Shown here: piece after piece, positions 13,433 through 25,088 of the stretch
Numbering within the stretch: position 1 is the first letter of the stretch
How the letters are laid out: each line of letters opens with the position of its first letter
DNA from: Pseudogymnoascus verrucosus
Lineage: Eukaryota
NCBI GenBank assembly: GCA_001662655.1
Contig: KV460274.1
Length of the DNA stretch: 25,700 nt
Reading direction: 5' to 3' (one strand)
The notes under the pieces: generated by a model
The model's database searches: none
What the model saw: only the letters and a program-made list of their open reading frames with translations
Told to the model about the DNA's origin: nothing
Translations under genes and position numbers: made by a program

Positions 13433-15421
13433 ATGGCTACCGGTGATGCACCGCATGACAGCGAACTAAGGTCCCCGAGACCACCCACAGGCCCAAAACA
13501 GAATGCCGCCCTTCAAGGTGCCACGATGGCATTTGGCAAACCGCCTGTGAAACCGAAGCCAGCACTGAAGACTATCAACCAGAACCCAGCTCTCGCTGCG
13601 GCGTCCAAGGCAGGCAGGGACTCGAATCTAGCTGGGCGAACAGTCTCGTCGCAAAACACTGGGACAACCACAGATGACGACGTTGGAGATACCGTGGCGC
13701 GCCATCATACTGGTAGACGTATTTCGGGGGCTGGACTGGATGGTGGACCGGTCCGCAGTAAGCTTAACGACTTTCCTGTGGACGAAAAGAAGCCTATTCA
13801 ACGACAGGCAAAGGGGAATTCCGAGTCACACATCGCAGCTAATTTAGCAGCATCAAGATCTGTCAGCACGAGTCCAAATCGAAAGCCAACTACAGGGCAA
13901 CAACGGGCAGTATACAGACTGGGAGGGCAGCACAATGCAGAGTCGAGAGAGTTGTTGGAGAACACCAATGGCTATTTGAGCCCTCTATCGGCCGAGACTA
14001 ATGGCAACGCATTTATACCTCCGACTTCACAATTAATCAATGCATTCGAGAAAATCTCCTCTACGCCCTCGAAAACAGATGCAAGTCCCCGATACCAGCG
14101 CCCTCTATCTTACTCAGGGAACGGTCTATCAAGCCCCAGACCAGAGCCTAATCTTCCAAGTCCAGCACCGAAGTCCCCGGAGATCAGGACTAGCCTTAAT
14201 AATCCAAAGCCAAAACCAAAACCAAAACCGAAGCCAGAAACTTTGCCAGGGAGAGTCTTGCCAGAAAGCCTAGGTGCCTACTCTCCCATTCCAGAACCAG
14301 ATCTCGCAAAAAGGAGGCCTCTACCACCATCTATATCCACGACAAAACCCACAGAGAAATATACTGAGAAACATATAAACAAAGATCACATAGCATATCC
14401 AAGCAATACAGAAGACGATGAAGACGCTTCTTCCGAAAACTCCTTTGTATCTGCCTCTGACGGCCTTCAGTCTGACTATAGGCCAGAGCCTGTGGCTCCC
14501 AGACCCAGGCACACCCACCCGAATCAACATAGGCCGTTTATAGCATCGCGAGATACGACAGCCACATCTCAAAGTTCTATGACTGTTAATTCTCTCGCTA
14601 ATGCTATGGTGGCCTCTGCGTTGGCATCCTCTCGTAGTCAATCGCCGTCGGGGCCTTCGAAGAAATCTGCACCAGCACCACCTCCAACTCGTCGCTCCAC
14701 GACCTCAATATTCGCCAATGCCCAAGCTCACATGTCGCAATCATCACGCACACCTTCGCCCTCAAAACCCAGCATACAGAAGCACCATACCGGAGGTAAG
14801 TCTGGTATGCGTACTACAATGCGCAAAACGCCACGATCATCAGACGATGAGGACGAGGGGATGTTGAAGCGTGGGAGAAAGAATCTAATGAAGAAGCACC
14901 CTAATAAACACCATGAGGGTGATCGAAAGCGATGGCGTGATGCAGTGAGCGATCGGGAACGCAAACGTTATGAAGGGCTTTGGGCAAGCAATAAGGGGTT
15001 GTTCACGTTTCCCTCCACCGTAACCAAATCTGTTCCCGGAATCACCTCGCCGTCTCCTCGGAGGAATTCGACTATTTCGGCCGCCAAACCAGGGAACGCA
15101 GATAGCCTTCGTTCACCGCCAGAAGATTGTGTGTCCAGTCTCGTTGTGCGGGATATCTGGTCGCGCTCGCGGCTGCCCGGTGATGTCCTATCCGATATCT
15201 GGGAGCTGGTCGATCGCAGTGGGACAGGGATGTTGTCCAGGGACGAATTCGTGGCGGGGGTGTGGCTCGTTGACCAACGGCTCAAGGGCAGGAAGTTGCC
15301 CCAGAGGGTGGGTGACAGCGTGTGGGTTAGTGTAGGAGCACTTGGAGGAGTAAAGGTCAAAGACAAACACGCCAAGGGTGGGCGTAAAGCAAAGCCAGGC
15401 GATAGTCGAGATCTGCGATAG
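13433..15421 (+). CDS. IRS4: IRS4/TAX4-like protein with C-terminal EH domain, 662 aa
   Basis: Ser/Pro-rich disordered N-terminus, then HHEGDRKRW...ERKRYEGLWASNKG and the EH-like VVRDIWSRSRLPGDVLSDIWELVD...LSRDEFVAGVWLVDQRLKGRKLP. Confidence 0.85.
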   Translation: MATGDAPHDSELRSPRPPTGPKQNAALQGATMAFGKPPVKPKPALKTINQNPALAAASKAGRDSNLAGRTVSSQNTGTTTDDDVGDTVARHHTGRRISGAGLDGGPVRSKLNDFPVDEKKPIQRQAKGNSESHIAANLAASRSVSTSPNRKPTTGQQRAVYRLGGQHNAESRELLENTNGYLSPLSAETNGNAFIPPTSQLINAFEKISSTPSKTDASPRYQRPLSYSGNGLSSPRPEPNLPSPAPKSPEIRTSLNNPKPKPKPKPKPETLPGRVLPESLGAYSPIPEPDLAKRRPLPPSISTTKPTEKYTEKHINKDHIAYPSNTEDDEDASSENSFVSASDGLQSDYRPEPVAPRPRHTHPNQHRPFIASRDTTATSQSSMTVNSLANAMVASALASSRSQSPSGPSKKSAPAPPPTRRSTTSIFANAQAHMSQSSRTPSPSKPSIQKHHTGGKSGMRTTMRKTPRSSDDEDEGMLKRGRKNLMKKHPNKHHEGDRKRWRDAVSDRERKRYEGLWASNKGLFTFPSTVTKSVPGITSPSPRRNSTISAAKPGNADSLRSPPEDCVSSLVVRDIWSRSRLPGDVLSDIWELVDRSGTGMLSRDEFVAGVWLVDQRLKGRKLPQRVGDSVWVSVGALGGVKVKDKHAKGGRKAKPGDSRDLR

Positions 15422-15521
15422 CTCGCAAAAATTTACTGCGCTTTCCAAAAATACACTTGAGTAAATGTAAGGAATATATGGCAACGATGTCTGCTTGATG
15501 TGACAGTAAACAAAGCTCGCT

Positions 15522-16997
15522 TCAACCGGCTGAGACTCCAACCCAGCGCAGTGGAACGCCTTCTTCATTTATCTCGTAGATACCGGTAGATGCGCGCCTG
15601 GGGGGAAGAGCCCACCTGGCTCGCCCAGGCGCATTTTCGTCTAGTTTCCCATTCTTCCTCATTCTCATCTCCATGACTGCGACCCGGATAAAATCACTGT
15701 TCTCTCGCATGTCGCGTTGGCGCGTACCTGGCCCGTTGCACGCTTCTGGAGAGGAATTGCCAGAATGCTTGCTGGTGGCAGTTTCGGCTTCTGTCTTCGG
15801 GGCCTTTGACACCTTATTATAAGTTTCCATTTGGATAGAGGCAGTACATTTAGAGCATGTAGTCTGCGGTCGTGATGCATGGACATGAGCCTCGCTGGGT
15901 GCATTGGTTGTGGGGTTCAGGTAACGGCGAAGAGCTGGAGTCGGCATTTTATCCAGGCGAGGCGGCATACGCTCATCTGTAAAGGGAACCTTGGGGTCGA
16001 TGGCAATAATCGATCTAGTAAGAAAATCATCTGGTGTAATCATAGGGGCTGTCATGTTCGAGATGGACTTCGCCGCTGATCTCAATGCTCGCAGGGACGC
16101 TGTTAAATTTGATTTGAAGGCCGATTTCTGGCGTAGCGTAGGTATCTCACCCAGCTTCTGGCGTTCTTTATTTTCATTCCCAAACACCCGAAAATCAATC
16201 TCCCAGGAATCTAGGTCAGGGTCTGACAAAGGATGATCTAATGGCAGGTCACCCAAGGTAGAAGCTAGCGGTTCGAGCTTTCTAGTCGGCAAGAACCGTT
16301 TCCCCCGGGATTGGGGTGAAACTGAAGAACCAAAAGAGAGGTAACTGCCCCCAATGGAGTTGTCGGTAAGAGATGGCACCGAATCTGTGGAAATCGCCCC
16401 TCTAGAAATATACGATAGCTGTGGTGGCGATTCAGCATCGCTACCCAATGGATCTATATCTGGCAGCTCATCTGGTGAGCAGAGAAGAAGGTCCAGCGGA
16501 CTCCCTCCTAGTATTGGGCTGTATTCCTTTTCAGAATCGCTCCTCTCGCTGAACGCAGCATCGAGAGTTAATCTTTGGGCTTGACCGTTTCGCCGAGGTA
16601 GTGTCCTAAACCGTGGAGGCGGGATAGTAGTGTTCGCGAGGAGTGATGTGACAGCGGCAGAGGCCTTTCCTTGTGATTGTTGGTCCCTAGATCTAGGACC
16701 ACTCGTCTCCCCGCCATCGTATCGCCGGCCTTTGGCGCCATGATTTCGCTGGCTGGGATCCCTAACCTGGCGGATGGGGATCCCTACAGGATTGGAGCTG
16801 CCCTTCACATTTCCCAATATAGGGTCTGCAGGTATAATTTCCGTGGGATCGCAACCTAAGGCGAGGATTTCTTTCTGTTCATTGCCTGCAGTCGCTCGTT
16901 GTGCATCCGATGTTGGAGGTTGTTTTGAGAGAGGAAGTGCAGCAGCGGACTGTTTCGTCGAGCTGAATATAAATGATCGAGGTGCCAGCATGGTCAT
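15522..16997 (-). CDS. Conserved uncharacterised fungal protein, ~491 aa
   Basis: Long intronless ORF (first ATG at 16997). Ser/Pro-rich with ordered blocks KSNLTASLRAL, DERMPP...PTPALRRYLNP and RQRDMRENSDFIRVAVMEMRMRKNGKL...GRARWALPPR. Confidence 0.8.
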   Translation of the reverse strand: MTMLAPRSFIFSSTKQSAAALPLSKQPPTSDAQRATAGNEQKEILALGCDPTEIIPADPILGNVKGSSNPVGIPIRQVRDPSQRNHGAKGRRYDGGETSGPRSRDQQSQGKASAAVTSLLANTTIPPPRFRTLPRRNGQAQRLTLDAAFSERSDSEKEYSPILGGSPLDLLLCSPDELPDIDPLGSDAESPPQLSYISRGAISTDSVPSLTDNSIGGSYLSFGSSVSPQSRGKRFLPTRKLEPLASTLGDLPLDHPLSDPDLDSWEIDFRVFGNENKERQKLGEIPTLRQKSAFKSNLTASLRALRSAAKSISNMTAPMITPDDFLTRSIIAIDPKVPFTDERMPPRLDKMPTPALRRYLNPTTNAPSEAHVHASRPQTTCSKCTASIQMETYNKVSKAPKTEAETATSKHSGNSSPEACNGPGTRQRDMRENSDFIRVAVMEMRMRKNGKLDENAPGRARWALPPRRASTGIYEINEEGVPLRWVGVSAG

Positions 16998-17631
16998 GCA
17001 GAAGCCCAAAAGGTCGAGCTTGGGAGACAGCAGGCGTTACGGGGCGAATGTCTGGTCTAGTGAAGCTGCTCCTCCACCGAACCAACGGGGAAGTCAGGTA
17101 AAGGTGGTCGGAGGCATACGAGGCATACGCGAAAAGAGGCGCACAGTCCCATTCGCACTGATGTGCTTTATGGAGATATATAGTTGTTTGAGGGAAATGG
17201 CGCTCCCGTTGCCTTGGCGAGTTGTGAATAAAGAAGATAATAATGGTAAAGAAGGAAAGTCGGTGAGTGAAGGGTGTTGAACAGCAAGTAGTAGAAGTCC
17301 GTACGGGCTGTGACGAGAGCAGACGAGCAGACGAGCAGGCTTATCGGATAAGGATCGTCCGGGTCGCGGGAGCGATCTCTGTGCAGGATACGTACTGTAC
17401 TGTGGGTTGTGGGTGGCAACTCGCGTGACTCTGTAGAGTAGAATACCACGTGCCAGGCTCTAAATCCACAAGATAGTAGTACGGATTACTCAGATCAGGA
17501 TCAAGATGCTCAGTAACTGGCACGAGTAGAATTAAGAAGAGAGAACGAAAGATAATAAATAATATAGCCAGTGCGGTCGGTGGCCTTAATATACATATAA
17601 CAGATGCTGAAATGTCGACAGATGGGCAGCA

Positions 17632-17674
17632 TAGTACTATAGTACTACTGGTCTACTACTGGTCTACTACTGGT
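17632..17674. repeat. 16-bp palindrome followed by ~3 tandem 11-bp units
   Basis: TAGTACTATAGTACTA (17632-17647) overlaps TACTACTGGTC x~2.9 (17643-17674). Confidence 0.85.
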
Positions 17675-18203
17675 GCCAACGACGACACTAATCTCTCTAA
17701 TTTCTGTCAATTTACTATGGCTGGTACTGAAGTGGCACTTGACGTTACAGTGATCTCCCAACGAGCGAAAAAAGAAGAAGGTAGGGTTTGGTTTAGGCAG
17801 GAGTGCATGTTATACTTACACCAGGGACACAGAGTACCTAGTTGTACTGCATTAGCAGCATAAACATGTGTGTTTACTTTGTACTACAGAAGTATTTGTG
17901 TTCTTTACTAAAGTATCGCTTATAAAACTCTTAACACCTTCTTTATTAGTGGATAGATATATCAGCTGTAGAAGTAGATATAGTAGGTCACGTGAAGGTC
18001 AGCTGACTACCACCTCGGCACAGTAATCACAATATATCTGCACCAACAGAGCCACCACAGATCACGTTACCACGCGTCACTTTCGACCCACTCACTCCAT
18101 CTGTTGTGACGCGCCTGATACGTCACACATCCCTCCAGCAGCAGAGAAGCCTAGGAGCTTCATTTGGCTACGAGTAACCAGTCTCGTAAATAATGCTACC
18201 AGC

Positions 18204-18238
18204 GACCAGTGACCAGTGATCAGTGACCGGTGACTAGT
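18204..18238. repeat. Degenerate 7-bp tandem repeat x5 upstream of LIG4
   Basis: GACCAGT GACCAGT GATCAGT GACCGGT GACTAGT. Confidence 0.85.
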
Positions 18239-18313
18239 CTGCACTCTAATTGTTTAAGTTAATTCTTCTTTGATCACAGTCTCCACCACCTAAACACTAA
18301 ACAAAGGAAAGCC

Positions 18314-21300
18314 ATGTCCAGCCAAAGAGCACCACGGCATATCGATAAGGAGGCGCGCGAAGACGATGATCTCCAATATGGCCATGGACCCTTGAGTAAG
18401 GAAGAACTCGAGGCCAAGTGAGTCAAAACCCACCTTTTATGGGCCCCATATTGCGATGAGACCTTACTCACTGGCCCACTATCAAAATCAAGGTATCCAA
18501 ACCGCCCTCTCAACCACCACAAGACCCTCCCGTTCCATGAACTCTTGGTCTCTCTCTTCACGCCATTGAGCGAGAACAAGAAGAAGCCAACCGGCCCCTC
18601 AGCTGCCGGTCGCGCCAAACGTGGGCCTCACGGGCCAACCCATCAATCTCCTCACGAAGTCCGCCGCATCATTATCGAGCGTTTTATTTCTCGGTGGAGG
18701 AGCGAGGTCGGCCATGACTTTTATCCCGCATTGCGTCTTATTATTCCCGAGAAGGACCGTGACCGTGCGATGTATGGGTTGAAGGAGAAAACAATCGGCA
18801 GGCTACTTGTTAAGCTAATGAAAATCGATAAGAACTCTGAGGATGGCTATAATCTACTCAATTGGAAGCTGCCAGGCCAGACATTCGCGAGTAGGATGGC
18901 AGGAGACTTTGCGGGAAGATGCTTTGAGGTACTGTCAAAGAGACCGATGAGGACATCAATGGGCAATATGCGGATTGCAGAGGTCAACCAGCTGCTGGAC
19001 CAGTTATCTTCGGCGCCTAAAGAGGAGGCGCAACTACCAATTTTTCAGATATTCTATAATAGGATGAACGCTGATGAACTGATGTGGTTAATTCGAATAA
19101 TCCTCAGGCAAATGAAGGTTGGTGCCTCGGAGAAGACATTCCTTGATTTGTGGCACCCAGATGGAGAAACTTTATTCAATGTTTCCTCAAGTCTTCGCCG
19201 GGTTTGTTGGGAACTCACGGATCCTTCCATCCGTCTGGAAGGCAACGAGACAGGAGTTACACTCATGCAATGTTTTCAGCCACAATTGGCTCAGTTCCAA
19301 ATGCATTCATTTCAGAGAATGGTCGACAACATGAGGCCTACCCCGGAAGACACCGAGTTCTGGATTGAGGAGAAACTGGATGGCGAAAGGATGCAAATGC
19401 ACATGGTCGAGGATGATTCAGTTCCAGGGGGCAGGAGGTTTGGGTTTTGGTCCCGAAAAGCTAAAGACTACACCTACCTCTATGGCAGTGGGATCGAGGA
19501 TGAAAATGGCGCTATAACGAGACATTTGAAGAAAGCCTTCGATTCGGGTGTTAGAAACTTGATCCTCGACGGCGAAATGATAACCTGGGATCCCGAGGCA
19601 GATATAATGGTCCCATTCGGTACTCTTAAAACTGCTGCCTTGTCTGAACAGCGCAACCCCTTTGCTGGCAATGGCCCGCGCCCACTCTTCCGAATTTTCG
19701 ACATCATCTACTTGAATGATGAACCTTTAACTCAGTATACTCTTCGTGACCGACGCCGAGCCCTCGAAAGATGCATCACGAACGTTTATCGAAGATTTGA
19801 AGTTCATTCTTATACCTCAGCACATTCTGTCGAAGCCATAGAGCCTCTGCTCCGGAAAGTCGTGGCAGAAGCTTCTGAAGGTCTAGTGCTAAAGAATCCT
19901 CGCTCCATCTACCGCCTCAACTCGCGTAATGACGACTGGATGAAGGTGAAGCCAGAGTACATGACTGGCTTTGGCGAGTCTCTAGATTGCATCATAATTG
20001 GTGGTTATTATGGGTCCGGGCATCGGGGAGGCCGTCTTTCGAGCTTTCTTTGTGGACTAAGGGTTGACCAGAACCACATACAAAAGGGGGCAGATCCGAT
20101 GAAGTGCTATTCGTTCTTCAAGGTTGGAGGCGGGTTCAAAGCCGAGGATTACGCCAATATTAGACATCACACAGAGAATAAATGGGTGGATTGGGACCCA
20201 AGGAAGCCGCCCATCCACTTAATCGAACTAGCAGGAGGTGAAGCTCAGTTCGAAAGGCCAGATGTATGGATCAAACCTTGCGACTCAGTAGTTGTATCCG
20301 TTAAGGCCGCCTCCGTATGCGCCAGCGACTCGTTTAGGGTTGGTTTGACGCTACGCTTTCCGCGCTTCAAGCACCTACGGATGGACAGGGACTGGAGTAC
20401 TTCACTGAGTATTCAAGAATTCATAAATTTGAAGTCAAGATTGGAAGAGGAAAGCAGAGAAAAGGAATTCACGGTTGACACTCGACGCAAGGCGGCGAAG
20501 ACATCTAAGAAGCAACTTCTAGTCGCAGGGAATGATAATAAAGCGACCAAGCCATATGCGGGACATGGCTCAGACGCGTTCCACGGCCTGAATTTCTGCG
20601 TGCTGAGTGAAGCTACAAAGTTGCCGAAAAGGAGCAAGGCGGAGCTAGAACAGTTCATTAAGGCAAATGGCGGCTCCATATTTCAGAGTCCTACGATACA
20701 AGCAGATACGATCGTTATTGCAGATAAGAAAGTTGTGAAGGTGGCCAGTTTAATCAAGAGCGGATTACAGAACGTGGTGAGGCCAAGATGGCTGTTTGAT
20801 GCCGTTCAGCAGCACGAGATTGATCTTGGGCGGGAGGGGCAGTTGGTGCCTTTCGAGCCACGACATATGTTTTACACGGTCCAGCATGAGGTAGAAAGGA
20901 TCCAGCAAAATGTCGATAGGTTTGGTGACAGCTATGGGCGCGACGTGGGGCCTGCAGAGTTGAAGGAAATATGCGATGACATGCCCAAGGAAGAGCTGGG
21001 AAGTGGTGTCGAAACAGACGCACTGTTAAGTCAGCTACAGGGGCAGCACCATGATCTCGGTTTGAGAGACATGAAGGGCTTTATGTTCTCGGACTTTCAT
21101 GCATATATTGCTAGCTGGCAAAGAGGCCAGGGAGTAGTAGATTTGGGTGAGGACGATCTACGGTGCCTGTTAGTGGAACATAAGTTAAGATTTGGGTTGG
21201 CAAGTGTCATATCGGACTTGGAGGATGCAAGTATCACGCATATCGTTGTGCAGGAAGGTGTTGACAAGTTGAAATCTATCAGGGAGAAAATTTCGCATAG

Positions 21301-21397
21301 GAAGGTAGTGCCACGAATTGTCACACTAGAGTGGGTTGAGGACAGTTGGAGGGAAGGAACACTTTTGGATGAAGATAGATATGCACCAAGAGGTTAG
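18314..21397 (+). CDS. LIG4: DNA ligase IV (NHEJ), ~1002 aa; exons 18314-18417, 18493-21397
   Basis: Adenylation motif EEKLDGER, ILDGEM, EGLVLK, WMKVKPEY, LRFPRF, and two BRCT-like C-terminal regions (VRPRWLFD, IVTLEWVEDSW). Intron 18418-18492 gives ...EELEAKYPNRP. Confidence 0.96.
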
Positions 21398-21574
21398 GGT
21401 TTCGTTTGCCACACCGTCTGGTTGAAATTAGCCTCCAGGATGCAACCTATAGAGGAATAATCACTACTAGAGTAATGACAAGGACTAGACAGGTGCCATC
21501 CCTCTTATTCTCAGTCCATAGCAGGTTCAGTACCTCTAAACGCCAATATCATACCTCACTCACTCAACCCTAGT

Positions 21575-22406
21575 TTACTTCCCAATAGTCAGGAACAACC
21601 TATCGCCCACATCGCCAAAGCCTGGACATATCATCCCCTTCTCATTAACATCATTGTCCAATCCGGCAAGCCAGATCTCTGTTCCCTCAGGCCATTCTGC
21701 TGCTGCTCGGATCACTCCCGGGAGGGCTCCTAAAACGGCCAGCACAATCACTTTCTCGACACCCCATTCTCGTAGCGTTTGAATGGCCGCTGCACATGTA
21801 CCGCCTGTGGCAATGACGGGGTCAAGCAGGATCGCGAGTTTCGAGGCAGATGAGTTGCGAGCGGGAGCTGCTGATGGAGAGCTAGCACCTGGGATATGGT
21901 AGGGCAGATTGTTGTAGTACTCGACGGGAGAGAGGGTTGTGGGCTCGCGGAAAAGCCCCAGGTGGTGAACGGGAACCGGTTCTGGGAGGACGGTTTGGAT
22001 GGCTTAACGGACGTCAGCATTGGCAGGATGTTAGACTAGATTCGGAGCAGAGAGTTAGACAAACCATCGAGCATGCCAAGACCTGATCTCAGAATTGGGA
22101 CTAGGGATATTGACTCTGGAGCTAGTGTAGAGGTGGTATATTCATAGCCAAGAGTGGTTTTCTCCTAGGTTACGTATCAGATATGGGTATAGAAATGCAG
22201 GACACACTCCTCATACGCACAATGGGTCCATCTCTCACAGTCAATCCAGCTGCCGTGGCTTCGACTGCTATAATGGTTGATATCTCGTGCAACAAAGCCC
22301 TGGTTTCACGGGCACCGGCTTTGGTCGATCTCAGTTGTGAAAGCTTTGCTTGCACGCATGGATGCCGGGATATGTGGACAGTTGCTGGCAAGGAGGTGGC
22401 GGACAT
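21575..22406 (-). CDS. Uracil phosphoribosyltransferase, ~237 aa; exons 22406-22221, 22164-22065, 22002-21575
   Basis: Hand translation gives HPCVQAKLSQLR, LVPILRSGLGM, HHLGLFREPTTLSPVEYY, the PRPP loop LLDPVIATGGT and C-terminal GMICPGFGDVGDRLFLTIGK*. Introns 22220-22165 and 22064-22003. Confidence 0.93.
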
Positions 22407-23550
22407 ATTGGCAACCACTGAAGCTATAACCACGCGTATTAGCAACAGTTAAAACAGGGAGGTTGGGGAAGGGGTTGATGGGGACAACAGGGGACGAGGG
22501 AAAGAGGAGAAGAGGGAGGTATATACCAAAGTACACGGGAGGAACGGGTTGATTATTAGCAAAGTGAGATTGACGATTATATATTGGAACGAAGAAAGAA
22601 CAAATGGAGTATTCTGGTGGAGGACAAACGAGGTTGAGTAGACATAAGAGTAAGTGTAAGTAAGATGGCGGGGGGGATGATGAGGCGGAGAAGGCGACTT
22701 GTACGGTCTAAGAGTAATTACAGCAGTAGGGCAGCACAGCAGCAGTACAGGAGGAGTACAGTAGTATCTATCACTTATCTCTTCCCATCACACACAGATA
22801 TATACAAATATATACATGTCAGGTAAGTCACTATGCACTTGGTACAGGGGTAATAACCACTGCAAAACATGATTTATCACCCATTTACCACTGCTGATTG
22901 TGCTAATTGTGCTGGATTATGTGCTGGATTATGTGTAGAATTATGTATAGTATGCACAGTATGTACATCTAGCTGTTGTACTGGTACAAGAGCAAACATG
23001 CGGGGTATGTACTCCTTATCAGCGACTCAGACATGCAGTCGCACTGCATCCATCTTTCGTCATCTTTTTCTCATACTAAACCACAGCACTGCATACACTA
23101 TTTACTATTTTACAACGGCGCTTGGGGAAATATAGCAATTATAGAGGAATTATACAGTAAATAGTTTGGAGATCTTATAAAGACATATATATATCATACT
23201 CCAGCACCCAGTTTAAGCTCTGCACTCTAGCTTGCCACTAGTTTACAACGGGAGATACGCTAAAGTGGCTCGCTAACTCCGCTGCGCCAAACCTAATCCA
23301 ACGTCGTCGTCATTATGAAAATAGTTGCCATGGCATAGCAACGTCCAACCTCCAGCCTCCATTTCCTCTTACTATACAGCAGCCTATACCACAAACTCCT
23401 ATCGCGAACAACCACAACCAACCCATACTGTACGACCACATCCTGCACGGCATTGCACGGCATTGCACACAAACACCAGCCCACCTACACACGCTGTGTC
23501 ACATAGCCACAGCTGCACCGATGCCCCATCACCACCACCCAACCGCTACA

Positions 23551-25088
23551 ATGTCCCCCCCGCCGCCAACCTCCGAAACAACGCCTCTTCTCCCCTCCAA
23601 CTCGGCGCCCGAGCCTGCCCCCCGCGAGACGCGCTCTGTGACCTTCAACCCGACACCCTCTGTGGCCACCATCCCGCCCACGCCCATGCCCATGCTCTCG
23701 GCGCTGAACCACCGCCTCCGGCGGCGCAACAGCTCTGGCGCGCCCGCTGGCTACAGCCCCTCGCCGCTGGGCCCCAATCCCATCCCTGCATCCAAGATCG
23801 GCCCGCAGCGCACATCGAAAACAGCACAGAAGCTGAAGCTGCTGCCCAATCCCGACTTTGGCGAGGAAGGCCCCGATGAGGAGAGCGGGCGTGATGTGTA
23901 CTCGCAGTACACGCGGATTAAGGACCCAACGGCGCGGCGAGATGCAGCACGGCTAGGGAAGGCGGACCGGGAGCGGCTGCCGCGTGTTACGGCGTATTGT
24001 ACAGCGAACCGATACCGGATGGATAGGTTAATGCAATTTCTCAAAGGCCGCGGGAAGGGAAGAGGTGCGGCGCCAAGGCTGTTTGATGAGTGTATCTACA
24101 CACCATATAATTACGGGAAGGGCGGGGTAGGTGGGAAGACAGTGCGGTCTGCACCAGTGAGGGAGGCACCTGCTGAGACGATGGAGCGACGCTATTCGGA
24201 TTCCGTGGTCGAAGTCGAGGGGCGGCAAGAGGACCTCATCTCCCTCGCAGCCGCAGACGAGGATGTCCCTGATGCACTGCTCCCGCCACCCGCTGCGCCG
24301 CATGTGATAGAAGAGGAGGATACACCCGACTTCGATACGACAGTCCATGTCCCCGAAATTTTTATATTCGCGTACGGTGTAGTTGTGATCTGGGGCATGA
24401 GCGTAGCGCATGAGCAACGGTTTTTGGGAGAGCTGGCACGGTTTGAGGAGGAGAAGTTGGGGCGCGATGACATAGAGGCAGAGTGCTTCAATTTTTACTA
24501 TACGCAGGAGTACCAGGCGCGGGTGTACAATGACTTCATTACGCTGAGGGAGAAGACGAATTACATGGTTAAGCTGGCAATTAGCCACGCGCTTGCGCAG
24601 AGTGTTAAGGTATGCCCCCTTTTTATCTCCGACTATATACTAAGCTAACAACTACACAGACATCCCTCTTTGAGGAGCTTGTCGACAATACCATCACAAC
24701 TTGCCAGGACATCCCCGCAAGCATCGCGCGTACCGGCACAATCGCGCTCTCGCGAAAAGAGATCAACATGCAGATTGGCGAGCTGTTCATCCTGCGGATT
24801 AGCATCCACCTCAACGGCTCTGTACTAGATACGCCAGAACTTTTCTGGGTAGAGCCGCAGCTAGAGCCAGTGTATCAGGCAGTGCGAAGCTATCTTGAGA
24901 TGGACCAGCGGGTACAGCTGCTAACGGAGCGGCTCGACGTCATTGCAGATCTGCTGGCAGTGTTGAAGGAGCAGCTGACCTCTGGGCATGGGGAAATGCT
25001 AGAGTGGATTGTGATTGTGCTTATTGCGGCAGAAATTGCAGTAGCGTTAGTAAATATCTTTGTCGATTTACAGGCAGGCGTTGATTAG
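23551..25088 (+). CDS. RMD1: Sporulation protein RMD1 (DUF155 family), ~495 aa; exons 23551-24609, 24660-25088
   Basis: LPRVTAYCTA, IFIFAYGVVVIWG, ISHALAQSVK|TSLFE, LDTPELFW, YLEMDQRV, and a C-terminal TM segment LEWIVIVLIAAEI. Intron 24610-24659. An alternative in-frame ATG lies at 23521. Confidence 0.92.

Noticed and set aside
14204..14236. CCAAAA-type hexamer repeat in IRS4
   Set aside because: Simply encodes a PKPKPKPKP low-complexity tract.
16774..17280. 168-aa antisense ORF
   Set aside because: Shadow of the minus-strand gene and its leader; no protein features.
22003..22064. Several CTAAC/CTGAC sites and an internal TAG in UPRT intron 2 (possible nested intron)
   Set aside because: 62 nt is too short for two introns, and the first CTAAC abuts the donor.
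22407..22445. In-frame TTG-initiated N-terminal extension of the UPRTase
   Set aside because: Only 13 aa with no targeting features; the ATG at 22406 has a good context.
22892..23468. Short tandem repeats (GTGCTGGATTAT x2, TGCACGGCAT x2.5)
   Set aside because: Ordinary slippage-type repeats with no further structure.
24028..24588. 186-aa antisense ORF, and the 184-aa alternative-frame ORF 23325-23879
   Set aside because: Explained by the GC-rich codon structure of RMD1.
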